NCBI GenBank assembly: GCA_030141605.1
Contig: JAQGDQ010000012.1
Coordinates: forward strand, 762,359-826,358
DNA from: Tubiluchus corallicola
Lineage: Eukaryota > Animalia > Priapulida
Direction of reading: 5' to 3'
DNA length: 64,000 bases
This document shows positions 1 through 10,923 of this stretch, in pieces. Under the pieces are notes generated by a model. It was not told where the DNA came from. It did no database searches and was given only the letters and a program-made list of their open reading frames with translations. The position numbers and the translations under genes are program-made. Numbering within the stretch: the first letter of the stretch is position 1; every line of letters starts with the position of its first letter.

Positions 1-1057
1 ACCCCAAGTTTTAATGTCCAAGTAGCTGAGAAGGTTTTACCTCAATCACCAGTTTGCTGAGGGTAACAAATATGCAACATGGGAATTTTAATACTTTTGT
101 TATTCATGACATACTTAATTTGAAAAATCTGGAAAGTTGATGACATAGTGGGACCCTTTTAGTGGTAACTACTATTGTATTTTTTAACTTATGGGCTATG
201 TGTCTCAAATAAAGCTGTCACTTCAATTTCAATTCAACAGTTCAAAAAACGTGTGTAAAGACGTCACTATAACCTAATCTCTGTGTTTGGCACATTAAGA
301 GGAAGTGACATTGCACATTTTCAGCCTTAGTATTTTTGTTGTATCATTTGGATTTGAGGCACCAGCAGTTCTGTGTGAGTAAATATTTATCTATTTACTA
401 AAAGCAAGTGCTATTTGATCTGGTAAAACGTTAATTGCATTAGTTACAATAATAAGTAAAGCACTGTGGGAGGTGTTCTCACCTACAAAGCAGTCCATAA
501 TAAAAGTCTCTTATGAATTCTCTGCATTGCTCAACAGCTGTGTAAAGTGCAGAAATAACCAGATAAGCAATAATTTTTACGCTGTATTAGCAAGTATTAT
601 ACAAGCGTTATGGCTTCTTGTTATTATCTAAAATGGATTATCCATAGGCAAGCAAAGGTTACTTTATTTCATCTGTGGTCACTTATTACTTATGAGTGTA
701 ACCTGAGGCTTTACTGCAAATGTTTAAAAACAGTGAATATTCACAATTTGTATTTTAATTTATTGCTAGTATCTTTTCTTTGCAGATGTTCATTTCTGTC
801 TCAGCCTAACTTTCTAGCTTTTTAATCATTTTATGTTAGTATATAGTACATAATACATTTTAGGTACAGCTTAAACATTTTGAGTTGTGCCAGCTAACAA
901 TTTCAAGACTAAATGTTGATAATCTTGCAGAATATTTATGGCACATCAACTGTCTTAATGTACTATTTATTCGTGGCAAATATTGCAATTGTTATCTTAC
1001 CTATAACTCACAACAGAATTAGATTCAGATAGTTTTTTAAACTATTTTGTTTTGCAG

Positions 1058-1330
1058 ACAGAAACCAACAAGTGGAATAAAGCCCTAGAAACATTTAACA
1101 CTGAAATGGCCAACATTAACAAGAAAATTAACAAATACAACATGATCGTGCCTGTGCTCACAAAACAACTTGTCCAATACAATGCCAAGAATGAGATCAA
1201 GAAAATAAGTGGAAGTGAACAAAATTGTGATAAAACTATGTTAAAACATGGCAAAGTAAAGAATTCTAGCACCTCAGTTGGAAAACCCATGACTAGTCTG
1301 TACGATTTCATTTTTAACTTGCTGAAATAG
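1058..1330 (+). CDS. DNAJC28: DnaJ homolog subfamily C member 28, last coding exon (upstream exons not found in window)
   Basis: Acceptor ttttgcag ends at 1057. The peptide TETNKWNKALETFNTEMANINKKINKYNMIVPVLTKQLVQYNAKNEIKKI matches the DNAJC28 C-terminal pattern (W..F...I..LNK.I..FNLIVP.L.RQ...F.A..EI). Stop at 1328-1330; AATAAA at ~1432. Confidence 0.8.
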   Translation, partial: TETNKWNKALETFNTEMANINKKINKYNMIVPVLTKQLVQYNAKNEIKKISGSEQNCDKTMLKHGKVKNSSTSVGKPMTSLYDFIFNLLK

Positions 1331-2894
1331 AATCATTGAGTACTGAACCATTGTATATATTGCAGAAGAGTAAGTTATCATAAGTGTATTATGAACATAG
1401 ACCTATTATTTATATAATTGTTACAGAAGTCAATAAAAATATTTTATAGAAGTTAATTAAAAAACCTTTTGTGTGTGTTGCATTTTGAATGCTGAGATTG
1501 AATTGCATTGTGCCATACACCTGTTAGCATAAACAGTTAGTCAGTACAATCATATATCACCAACATATAGCAGGTAAATGTATTTATGTTTTGCATGTGA
1601 GCCTACAAATACATTGCATTTGCACTTGAGCTTGCACTGTAATTATATGTTGAGGCAGTTAATCTTGTTGGCAGAGGTAATTGTGTGTGGCGTGCAGTAC
1701 TCAGCCTAAGTGGCTTCCATTTGATACACAGTTACACCTCATCCAGTGTAGGTGTAACTGCAGATCAAGTTTTTCATTTTTAATTTGATTAACTAAATTG
1801 TCTGAGTTTCGTTTTGGTCACTGTAGCCCAAAAAAAAACTGAGACTTCATCAATAGCTGTTGTAATTTGATGTTTAGATTGTCACAGTAATGCCAGAAGT
1901 CGAAAAATGACAAACCTGAATCTGGCATTAGATGTTCAAGAGAAGAGATGTTGAACTAATACAGAATGACACCTGAAGCACTGGGTTAGTAGTTTGAACC
2001 GTGGAGTGCTAGCAAATGCCCATGCAGATTTCCAACCAGTACTTTTTAATAGAATCGTGAAGTCTTCGTGTAATTCATTCAGAATTTAATCAAAAATTCT
2101 CAAAATCATTATCAAACTCAATAGTACTAATAAATCATACTGTAATAAACAAGTAACCACGGATATTTTACAGTTCAGTGCAAAGCATAATGGCTATTAG
2201 GCAGAAAATAAGGTGAAAGCAATAGGCTTTTGATTAGACACATGATAATGGCTGCATTAATTGCAAATGTACACAGTAATGTATAATTTAAAACTCATGA
2301 GACTAACTGTAATTCAGTAAGCTGATACAACTGTATAATTAGCCCATTAATTCAAATATTGATATCAGTAATCTTAGCAAATCAACTGTTTGCTTGTATT
2401 AATTGTTCTTTCATGCATTTGTTATCAAACAAACAGAAGAACGATAAATACTTAATTTTTAACATTTTTTTTATTTTTCAGACAAGTTGTTACATTTTTA
2501 TTCATTTATCTAGACAGTTGAATTAATTATTCCACTCTTAAAAAGTCACTGACTACATTGTTCAACATAAAATCTTTATAATAATAATAATCTTATTCCA
2601 GTAGGTCGCCTAATACATACCTACTATCGTCCAAAAATCAAGCTGATTTCACAACCAATAACAACAATTAATACCCAGCTTGGGGAATTTTAGACTGGTA
2701 AACCTAGACTGTGAGGATATTAAGCTTTATTTAGCCTAGTATTTGCAGTAGATGTGAAGTCAGTACACACTTGGACCTAGTCTAGATCATTTGGAAATGT
2801 AAATAGCGTTATTGTTATTCTGGCCATAAAAAGTGTGTTTGAAAGAAAAATGCATTTGTTTAGCTTTTGTGAAGTGAAATCAAAATGACACAAT

Positions 2895-3480
2895 GACTCT
2901 GTTCTTGTGCTGTTTAAATGCCAGACTTGGATCCTATGACTCATTGAATAGTTAAAATGCTGGATTCAGTCCTTGTGCTCTTTAAACAGTGGATTCTGGT
3001 CTTGCCGTTTAAATAGTGGATCCATTCCTTGTGCTGTTTAAATCGTGGATTCAATTCTTGTGTTGTTTTAATGGTGGATTCAGTCCTTGTGCTATTTAAA
3101 CAGTGGACTTGGTTCTTGTGCTGTTTAAATGGTGGTTCTTGTGCTGTTTAAATGGTGGACCCTGTCCTTGTTCTGTCTAAATGGTGGAGTTAACCCTTGT
3201 CCCTTGTACTGTTTAAAGGGTGGACTCAGGCCTTGTGCTGTTTAAACGATGTACTCAGCCTCTGTTGTTGAAACAATGGATTCAGTCCTTGTGTTGTTTA
3301 AATCGTGGACTCAGTCCTTGTGTTGTTTAAATGGTGGATTCAGTTTTTGTGCTGTTTTAATGGTGGATTCAGTCTTTGTGCTGTTTAAACAGTGGACTTG
3401 GTTCTTGTGCAGTTTAAATGGTGGTTTCACTTCTTATGCTGTTTAGACAGTGAACTCGAACCTTGTGCTTTTTGAATGGT
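2895..3480. repeat. Minisatellite with ~30-bp unit (consensus ~GTGGATTCAGTCCTTGTGCTGTTTAAATG), roughly 18-20 degenerate copies
   Basis: Head-to-tail units of cttgtgctgtttaaa...tggattcagt are directly visible. There are no unique spacers. Confidence 0.9.
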
Positions 3481-3684
3481 ACGTGTATTCACTCTTTTTG
3501 TTGTGTTAATTAAGATGCTCAATATCCTGTCACAATATTAAACCAATTACTTAATTTCATAAGCTTTATCTGAACTTATTTCACGATTTTTGTAAAAATA
3601 CTTTTCGAGTAACTTGCATTTTATCCACCATTTAGAGGGTCTGAAAGTTTTCATAGCCTGTATTCAACTATTACAACCGAAATA

Positions 3685-3830
3685 TATAAATTTCACCAGT
3701 TTGATAGCACAAATCACATTTAATTAAATTTTGGTACCAAACGTGGAGGGCATGAATTGTGAAATAACGTTGGAATACAGCCTGGAATTGAACCAGGAAC
3801 CCACTATTTACAAAGCATACTGAGCCTTAA
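3685..3830 (-). mobile_element. tRNA-derived SINE copy (degenerate)
   Basis: Reverse strand has a B-box-like GGTTCAATTCC, followed by a tail (gtttggtaccaaaatttaattaaatgt) homologous to the copy at 3971-4115. Confidence 0.6.
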
Positions 3831-3970
3831 ATGAAATTCCGCATTTTCAACATTAGGTAGGTCATTAGAGTTAGAATCACTCTAGTGGGTGCCATCCAAC
3901 ATTAGAAGTGCTGAATGTGGTTAGCCACATATAAGGGATGAACATTTGACTACCTTGACCATTGGAAAAT

Positions 3971-4115
3971 GCTGTGGCTGAGTGGTATCAGGCGTCTGCC
4001 TTGTAAGCAGAAGGTCCCTGCTTCAAATACAGGCTATAATTTTAACTTATGCACATATTTTAAGTTTGGCACCAAAATTTATTTAATTGTAGGTTTGTAT
4101 CATAGTGAATAATAT
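3971..4115 (+). mobile_element. tRNA-derived SINE copy (Thr-TGT-like head, degenerate)
   Basis: A-box TGGCTGAGTGG, anticodon arm ctgcc-ttgtaa-gcag and degenerate B-box GCTTCAAATAC, then a non-tRNA tail gtttggcaccaaaatttatttaattgt shared with other copies. Confidence 0.65.
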
Positions 4116-4526
4116 TCTTGACATTCAGATTATTATAATTAATTTCGAATAGTTTGATTGAATTGTTAACTAAGTTAGTGGTGAGCAAAGAAATATAACA
4201 TATGTAATAAATACTGAATAATACACTTGATACCTGCTAATTCAAATTAAAATTGGGTTAACATTAATATCCACTAGCCGTATACGAGCGTGCTTGCATG
4301 CATGATAGTTCCGATTTGTCCCCTGCTTGCCTGTACAGGCCTACAGAGTATTGACGGCAAAATTGCTATCAGAGATGCAGGTAGCGATGAAAATACCCTA
4401 AACATCAAAGAAGTATGAAAAATGTAAAACATGCATGACTAACTCAACACGCATGACTAATTTCTTCACATAATAAAAATAAAGTTCCTAATTTTTAATT
4501 CGAATCCATCTGGCTCTGTTGTACCG

Positions 4527-7325
4527 TCACCGCTGTCCATTCCAGCCAATGGCGCCACCTTGTGCCCTGCATCGGAACACATAACTGTGTCTAGCAGGAT
4601 CATCTTCATCAAACATACATCGCGTATGCTTAGGACATGTGCATCTGAAAACAGAAAAACAATTGGTAAATGTTTAAAACAAGTTCTGGATGCCAGGCCT
4701 GCAGGAAGCGTGCTGCTTGAGATAAACATGTGCTCAAGCATACGAAGGATATTGACGTCTTAAGTATGCTAATTTATATATTAAATGGCTTTTGCTGTAT
4801 TCTAGACAGCTCTTTTTAAAGCTGTAGCCTTGTTTGAACCAAGGTGGTTTCAGTACAATATCACTTCTGCTTTATGAAGTATGCATTTTAAGTAGGTGGT
4901 TTCTGTACAATATCACTTCTGCTTTATGAAATATGCATTTTTAAGTTACTGAATTCTGATAATTAGATGTAAATTTGCCACTAACGAGTGAATATGACCT
5001 GAGGTCACTGTTACTATAAACAGCATATTGACACCTCCTTTAAGTACTGCACAAAACTGCGCTTTGGTTGTAATTTGTAAAATGTTCTCAAGTTGGGAGA
5101 CATTTTATATTTGGGTCCTTGTGAGTCTCACTTATTTTCTTGAATCAACCCTCAAATTAATTCTGTTCACCTGTATTTAATATCCATGTCAGTTTCAACC
5201 ACTGCTGGTAGAGCTGTGTAGAGGATAAGGTGGGAAACTTTTAGGAAACTGACCTTTGATCTTGAGCCCCAGATAACTGAATATAAGCTGAAGTAAGGTT
5301 AGTTGCACAACTCCTCATAGTTTTGCCACTATTTACAACTACTTCTCTTTTTCTTCCTTGTTTTCACAATCATCTTTATCTATAATACTGTTTTATGCCA
5401 GGTGTGTATTTCCGTCGTTTTGACTCCAGCTGTCGTCCGCATTATTTCTTTTTGTTACTTAATTGTTTTAATTTTAATAATTGGATTTTCCACTTGCCAC
5501 TGAATGTCCATTAAAATTAATTGCTGATAGTCTATTCAAAAAGAATCAAATTTGTTTTTTCTCAGGGAAGTAAAAGATCATTCTGACAGAATGCTCTAAT
5601 TTGGCAGCTCTTTTTTTCCTTCACGCGGGCTATAGTTAACTACTGCAGCTTCTCAATCACATGATGGCCAATGATCAATAATGAAGCATAGCTCAACTTG
5701 AATTACACGATGAATTGATACGATCAAGTGCCTTGATAATACGTTGTACGCCCGCCAGACAATCACTTTTGCGTGGCATTAAAAGATTAACTTGTGTAAT
5801 AACGATGATCAAACAGCACCCGAGTAATTGAAAATAGTGCAGGAAATCGGCACCTAGTCGTTGAGGGCGTTGAGCTCCGTCAAAATTCGATGGCTTCGTC
5901 GTTTTACCTAGTGGAAACTGAGTGTGTTCACAAATCTAAAAACTTGTAACGACAACCGTGCAAGCGTTCACGCCTTGACCAGTTACTGATTTTGGGCAAT
6001 TTGTCATCAGAAAAACCGTTGGAATCTACCGTCTGAGTAAACCATTTCAATAAAGAATTTGTCCAGTTTCTGCGCAGTTCTTCTGAACGTTAAATCTGCT
6101 CACTGTTTAATAAATTCTCGTGGTCAAAATGGCCTGGCTCTGAGTAAATGGGATCAGAGAGAACTATCGACGATTATTATGAATATGTTAACTTTTTCAA
6201 AAATGCGAGAACTAAGATAATATTTTAGAGTATTTTTTCTTGGGGGTTTTCTACCTAATACACCACAATAACTTTGGTGAGCGCTCAAAGATAATTACTC
6301 AGTTATTGACTAATAAACGAAAAACGGCTATATGGTGTAGCTGCAGGGCCATGGACCTGTCTTCGGTGGTATCGTCTTTTTTGTGATCTGACTGCATATA
6401 CATGTATACGTCACACCACCTATCCCCCTGTTCCCCTAATCCTTATTCTTTTTTCATTGCAGCTACTCCAAACACTTTAGCGAATATATGACATTTTTGC
6501 TGGAAAAAAATCGTTGAAGGTTGCATTAAAAAGTCATTCAGCAAATTGCTTTAAATCGAATACGCTAATAATCATTGTCTTCTCAGAGAAGTGAACAGGT
6601 TCTTTTTCACTCATTAATTGAGATCCGAAATATTGCTGCTAGGCAAGTCGACAGCAGCTTTGCAATTTATCCCTATAATAAAGTTTGTCGGACTCAGTCA
6701 GCTATTATTTACAAGACGAATTTATAAGATGACGTCAGAGCCATAACGAGACGCTATAAAAGGCAACAGGCATACGTAGAAATAAAAGGAAAGTTGCTTC
6801 TGATTGAAATGTGATACCTAGCATTAGCTATTATTGCACAATTCTGACGTATTTAGATTGCCTCCAGGGAAATGTAGGCGATATTGTGCTTTGTAAGATT
6901 AGACGCCATGCATATCAAATATAAAGCACCAGTTTTATATTTCACCACCAAGTGTCCTCAATTCATATATTAACTCGTTGGCTTTCCTAAATAAATGTGT
7001 TTAAACGATAAGCAATGTTGATCATAATAAATAATGTTAAGTTCTCAAAACGCCTACTACTTAAATGGAAAGTATGTGGATCTATCCATCGCAAAAACAG
7101 AATTCAGCTCCTAATTACCTTGAAACTGGAACACAGCTAAAAAACAATTTTCCTGTTCTGTTTTCTCTCACAACAAAAGTCCATAACATTTGGCAATTGA
7201 TGCAAACGTTGACATTTTTCTGTGCGGCAATTTTCTTTGGGAAAACAGTTGTAGGCGTGAGCAGTGAAAGAAAAATTAAATGAATATTGATGAAGCCCTG
7301 TCATAAAACGACTCTCTCTCATCTC

Positions 7326-7390
<65 letters not shown>

Positions 7391-10300
7391 CTCTCTTTCT
7401 CCTTTCTCATTCTATCTTTCTTTATCTCTTTCTGCATTGTCTCTTTCGCTCTATCTTTCACCTTCCTTGTCCCAACCAATCTCTCTTTCTCTTGCACACT
7501 CTCTAATACTGTTGTTATTACTGCCGCTGCTGCTACTGGGCCTACTACTGAATAATTTTAGTTAAGTCGTAATGCATACAAAGGATTAACTTCACTACAA
7601 ATAGGTGCAACAGCACCTCTTCCCTCTTTTTTCATTCCTTTACCACTCAATTGTTTTATACGAATAAACATTATTTATTCCGAATAAGCTTCATATGAAC
7701 AAATAAAAGTAATTTATTTGTAATTGCTTGAATTTTATTAATTAACTAACGCTAGCTGTTAGTTACGTGCCATCGTGCAGTGCATGCAATTAAGGTTACA
7801 TCTACATGCATTATAATAATTATTCGCTAGTAATTGCACTTCTAATGACACAATATTTAACTTCCTGTATGCAATTAATTCTGCCGGTGAATTCAGGGCG
7901 CATTTAATTACAAGATACGTATTACATAACATTATGCATAATTACTCACGTATTACTCATGAAAGCGTAGATATGTCGGCTAATTGGTGTGTATATTTTC
8001 CACCCACAGGGCATACTGCGACAACTTTTCACGCTAAATATGGATCGAAAACTGTTCTGGTCGTAATACCCTCTTTTCTGAAAAAAATGAAACAAGAAAA
8101 CTGTCATTTATATTTGATATGCCATCACTGCAATTTCACGTTCTGTGCATGTAAACGACACAAAGTGCTATATTAGCAACGATTTAAATAATAGACATAT
8201 AACAGAGTAAACAGTTCCATAAACTATAGGCAAATATGTTATCATCGTCAGAATTTAGCTATAGGTTTACTTTAACCTATATTATAATAAATTCCTTTCA
8301 AAGTGAATTAATACGCTTGTCACCTCCGCCAAGAAGATTGTTTTCATTGCCGCTGATTTGTTAGTTCCTTAATTAATTAATAAAATTACGCAAAAATTAC
8401 TTGCTTCACCGATTTTCACGAAACTTTGTGAAGTGGTGGGGCGAGTGACAAGAAAGAACGCCTTTTAATTACTGTTTTGGGACATCGGGAGGAACCCGAG
8501 GAGTGGAAACCTGTCAAGATGAGTGTTTTATTAATGCTTGTACGTGCATTTTGGTTGAGGGCCTAACTGACCTAAACAGTTTATTTTCCACGAGAAACTC
8601 GGCGAGTTAAACATTTAGCTGAGAGACCATTGTAGATAAAAAAACGGCTCACTTTCGTTGAAGATGCAATTAACGGGCAGCATCAAATGAGCCGATTCAA
8701 TGACGGATCCGTGTATATTAGCTTCACAGTGCTTCAGTCACTTCACAGATGTCAGTCGGCGAAACACCTCTTGCAATTAATAATTTTCATTAGTGATGGA
8801 TATTTGTTGGATGTAAATATCATGTAATGAATAAAGTGACTTGACATGCTGACCTGCCGAAACTGGTCTGGCTTACTCGACTTAGCATCAGATAAAACCT
8901 AGCCATTTCTATAAAATTCCATTAAGTTAGCTTAGTCTACTGGGTATAGCGTGACAAGTATTATTATTATACTGAATACACAATTGATGCAATTATTATA
9001 GGCTCTCATAGTTCACCGTTCTCATCACACGGGTCAACAAACTAAATGGATGTACCATCCCAAGATGTCTGTAAGTAATAAACTGTTACCCTAGCTCATT
9101 TGGCGTGGCTGACGACGGCTAATTAAACATTTACATGTTAGTAATTGTAACATGATATGAGTTAAGTACGATAGATTACATCTCTACATAAACTACACTG
9201 AAATAAATCACACTAACATGAGTAAAACAAAAATAAAATAATAACAATAAAGATAGTAAGTTGAACAAAACCCCTAAAATTTGTAGCTGACTTTTTGGTA
9301 GGATAATGACATTATTGCGTCAAGGTATACATGTAGTTTATGATAGTGTGAACAACTTTGTCTTTACGGTGATTGATGTAGGCCACACTTGGTTATCAAA
9401 CATTTTCAAGGTGTTAGTTTTCGCAAGATGCGGCGATAGCCTTTTGTCTTATAGCAGAGATCCTGTAAAACTGCACATCTGAAAGCTTGACTTACTTAAA
9501 TATTTAACTGTTACGGCAGTAGAGAAAGTTATATTTGTTCGCGAGGATGCGGTTTCTTTGTTTTAGAGCAGTCACTCGAGCATCGCTTGGTATGCGTCAA
9601 TCAGACGAAAAATCTGAAGAAACAACTTTTGAAAAGTTAAACTAAAGGTTGACTTAATTACGTGAAAGTTCGACTAAGCTGAAAAGAAGTTGTGCAGTTA
9701 CAAAATTACACGCAGCTTCTTTCTGCACCTAGGGAAAAGTATTTAGGACTTTGAGCTGACAAGAATCCAGATATGATTCAGAAGTAAGACATTTGAGGAT
9801 GCAAGCAGCCCATATGGAGGCCATTTTGTCAGCTAAAGTGACCGCGTTACACTTTTTCACGGAATCTTTTTTTGTTGAGAAAAACTGGATTTGGCCCGTC
9901 ATGCTTGCTCATTTTTTACCATTTATAAGAAAATCGTGGAAGCGATTACTGTTGTCATGATTAGTTTCTTTTCGTAAAAATAGAATACACATTGTTGGAG
10001 CAGGTCCAATTAACGAGTGCGTTCCATTTTTCGGTCGTATCGGGAAACTTAAAAAATTGGGCTCTATTAGTCTATGCAACGGTCCATAATATTTTCATGT
10101 AAAGTTTCAGCCACCTACAATGACCACTGTGGCCTGTGATGTTTTTCAAAGATAAAACTAGATAACTACATAACCAAGTTTCAGGAATCCCCTCCCCCCA
10201 CTTTTTGTCGGATTCAAAAATTAGAACGTGCACTATTGCCGTTCTTTCATAACTGTAAAAATTTCAACTCTAACCTAATCTTGAGACGGTTCCGAAAACG

Positions 10301-10923
10301 AGAATAGGCCATTAAGCGTTCTTCAGAAATCTCTATTAAGTCCACAGTAACTTACAGGCATAGAAGCGTATCCACACACCCACGCTTTTTAAATTTTATT
10401 TTGGGTGCCTACGCCCAACAAAAAGCATAGAATCGTTGACGATAACATTACTGCCATTAGTTGTGGTAGCGATGATGATAAGACGACGACAGTAACCTTG
10501 TGAAAAAAGACTGCTTTAAAAAGAAATGATCGTGATAACAACGATAGTTTAACATCTAAGGACGAGGAGGATGACTCAGGATCGACTTCTAGCGTATCAG
10601 TAATGCCTTGAGTAATTGTACTTGGTGACACCCCGGAAATTGCTTTTACGCAAAATTAATTTGATAAAAAATCAGTAGATGAATAAATTGTTAAATATGT
10701 AAACGAAAAATAGGCAAATGGCGATTCTACAACTGTTGTTTTACTCGTCTACGGAAATAAATAGCGTGTATTCGTATTTAGCATAGACTTTGAAAAAATA
10801 AATTATTTGAAGACTGGCTCTTCTACTTAGACTCACCTTCAAATACTGTGGATATGGTGAGGCTGATATTAGCACAAATAAGGCAATGACTAAGAACACA
10901 CTTGTGGTCAAATGCTGCGTCAT
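4527..10923 (-). CDS. Small secreted six-cysteine prepropeptide, 110 aa (uncharacterised; neuropeptide/hormone-like)
   Basis: Exons 10923-10837 (87 nt, donor AAG|gtgagt), 8077-7950 (128 nt, acceptor tttcatttttttcag, donor |gtgagt) and 4644-4527 (118 nt, acceptor tttctgttttcag). They total 333 nt with matching phases 0 and 2. Protein: MTQHLTTSVFLVIALFVLISASPYPQYLK|KRGYYDQNSFRSIFSVKSCRSMPCGWKIYTPISRHIYAFMSNT|CTCPKHTRCMFDEDDPARHSYVFRCRAQGGAIGWNGQR*. Confidence 0.8.
4843..4945. repeat. Tandem duplication of a ~52-bp unit
   Basis: ggtggtttc(a/t)gtacaatatcacttctgctttatgaa(g/a)tatgcatttt starts at 4843 and again at 4895. Confidence 0.85.
7312..7615 (+). repeat. (CT)n microsatellite plus ~215 bp duplicated from intron 4/exon 5 boundary of the carotenoid oxygenase (18271-18645)
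   Basis: Near-identical sequence from ctttctcattct through ...gtcgtaatgcatacaaa...aaataggtgcaacagc at both sites. Confidence 0.9.
8320..8470 (+). mobile_element. Helentron/HINE-like non-autonomous element fragment
   Basis: Begins cacctccgccaagaag...gttttc and continues aaaattacgcaaaaattac...ccgattttcacgaaactttgtg. This resembles the widespread TTACCTCCGCCAAGGAGGTTATGTTTTC-type terminus; a reverse copy lies at 13270-13390. Confidence 0.55.

Noticed and set aside
2895-3480. CRISPR-like periodic array
   Set aside because: Units are contiguous and degenerate with no unique spacers, there are no cas genes, and the context is eukaryotic.
3971-4045. Functional tRNA-Thr gene
   Set aside because: The acceptor stem does not pair, the B-box is mutated, and the downstream tail is shared with other dispersed copies, so it is a SINE.
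4466-4763. ORFs 4466-4741 (-) and 4560-4763 (+) as proteins
   Set aside because: Wrong frame or strand; the coherent reading is the phase-2 Cys-rich terminal exon 4644-4527.
10389-10650. Extra exon of the peptide gene or a separate Asp/Ser-rich gene
   Set aside because: No phase-compatible exon with good splice sites, and the + frame has internal stops. Probably decayed repeat-derived sequence.
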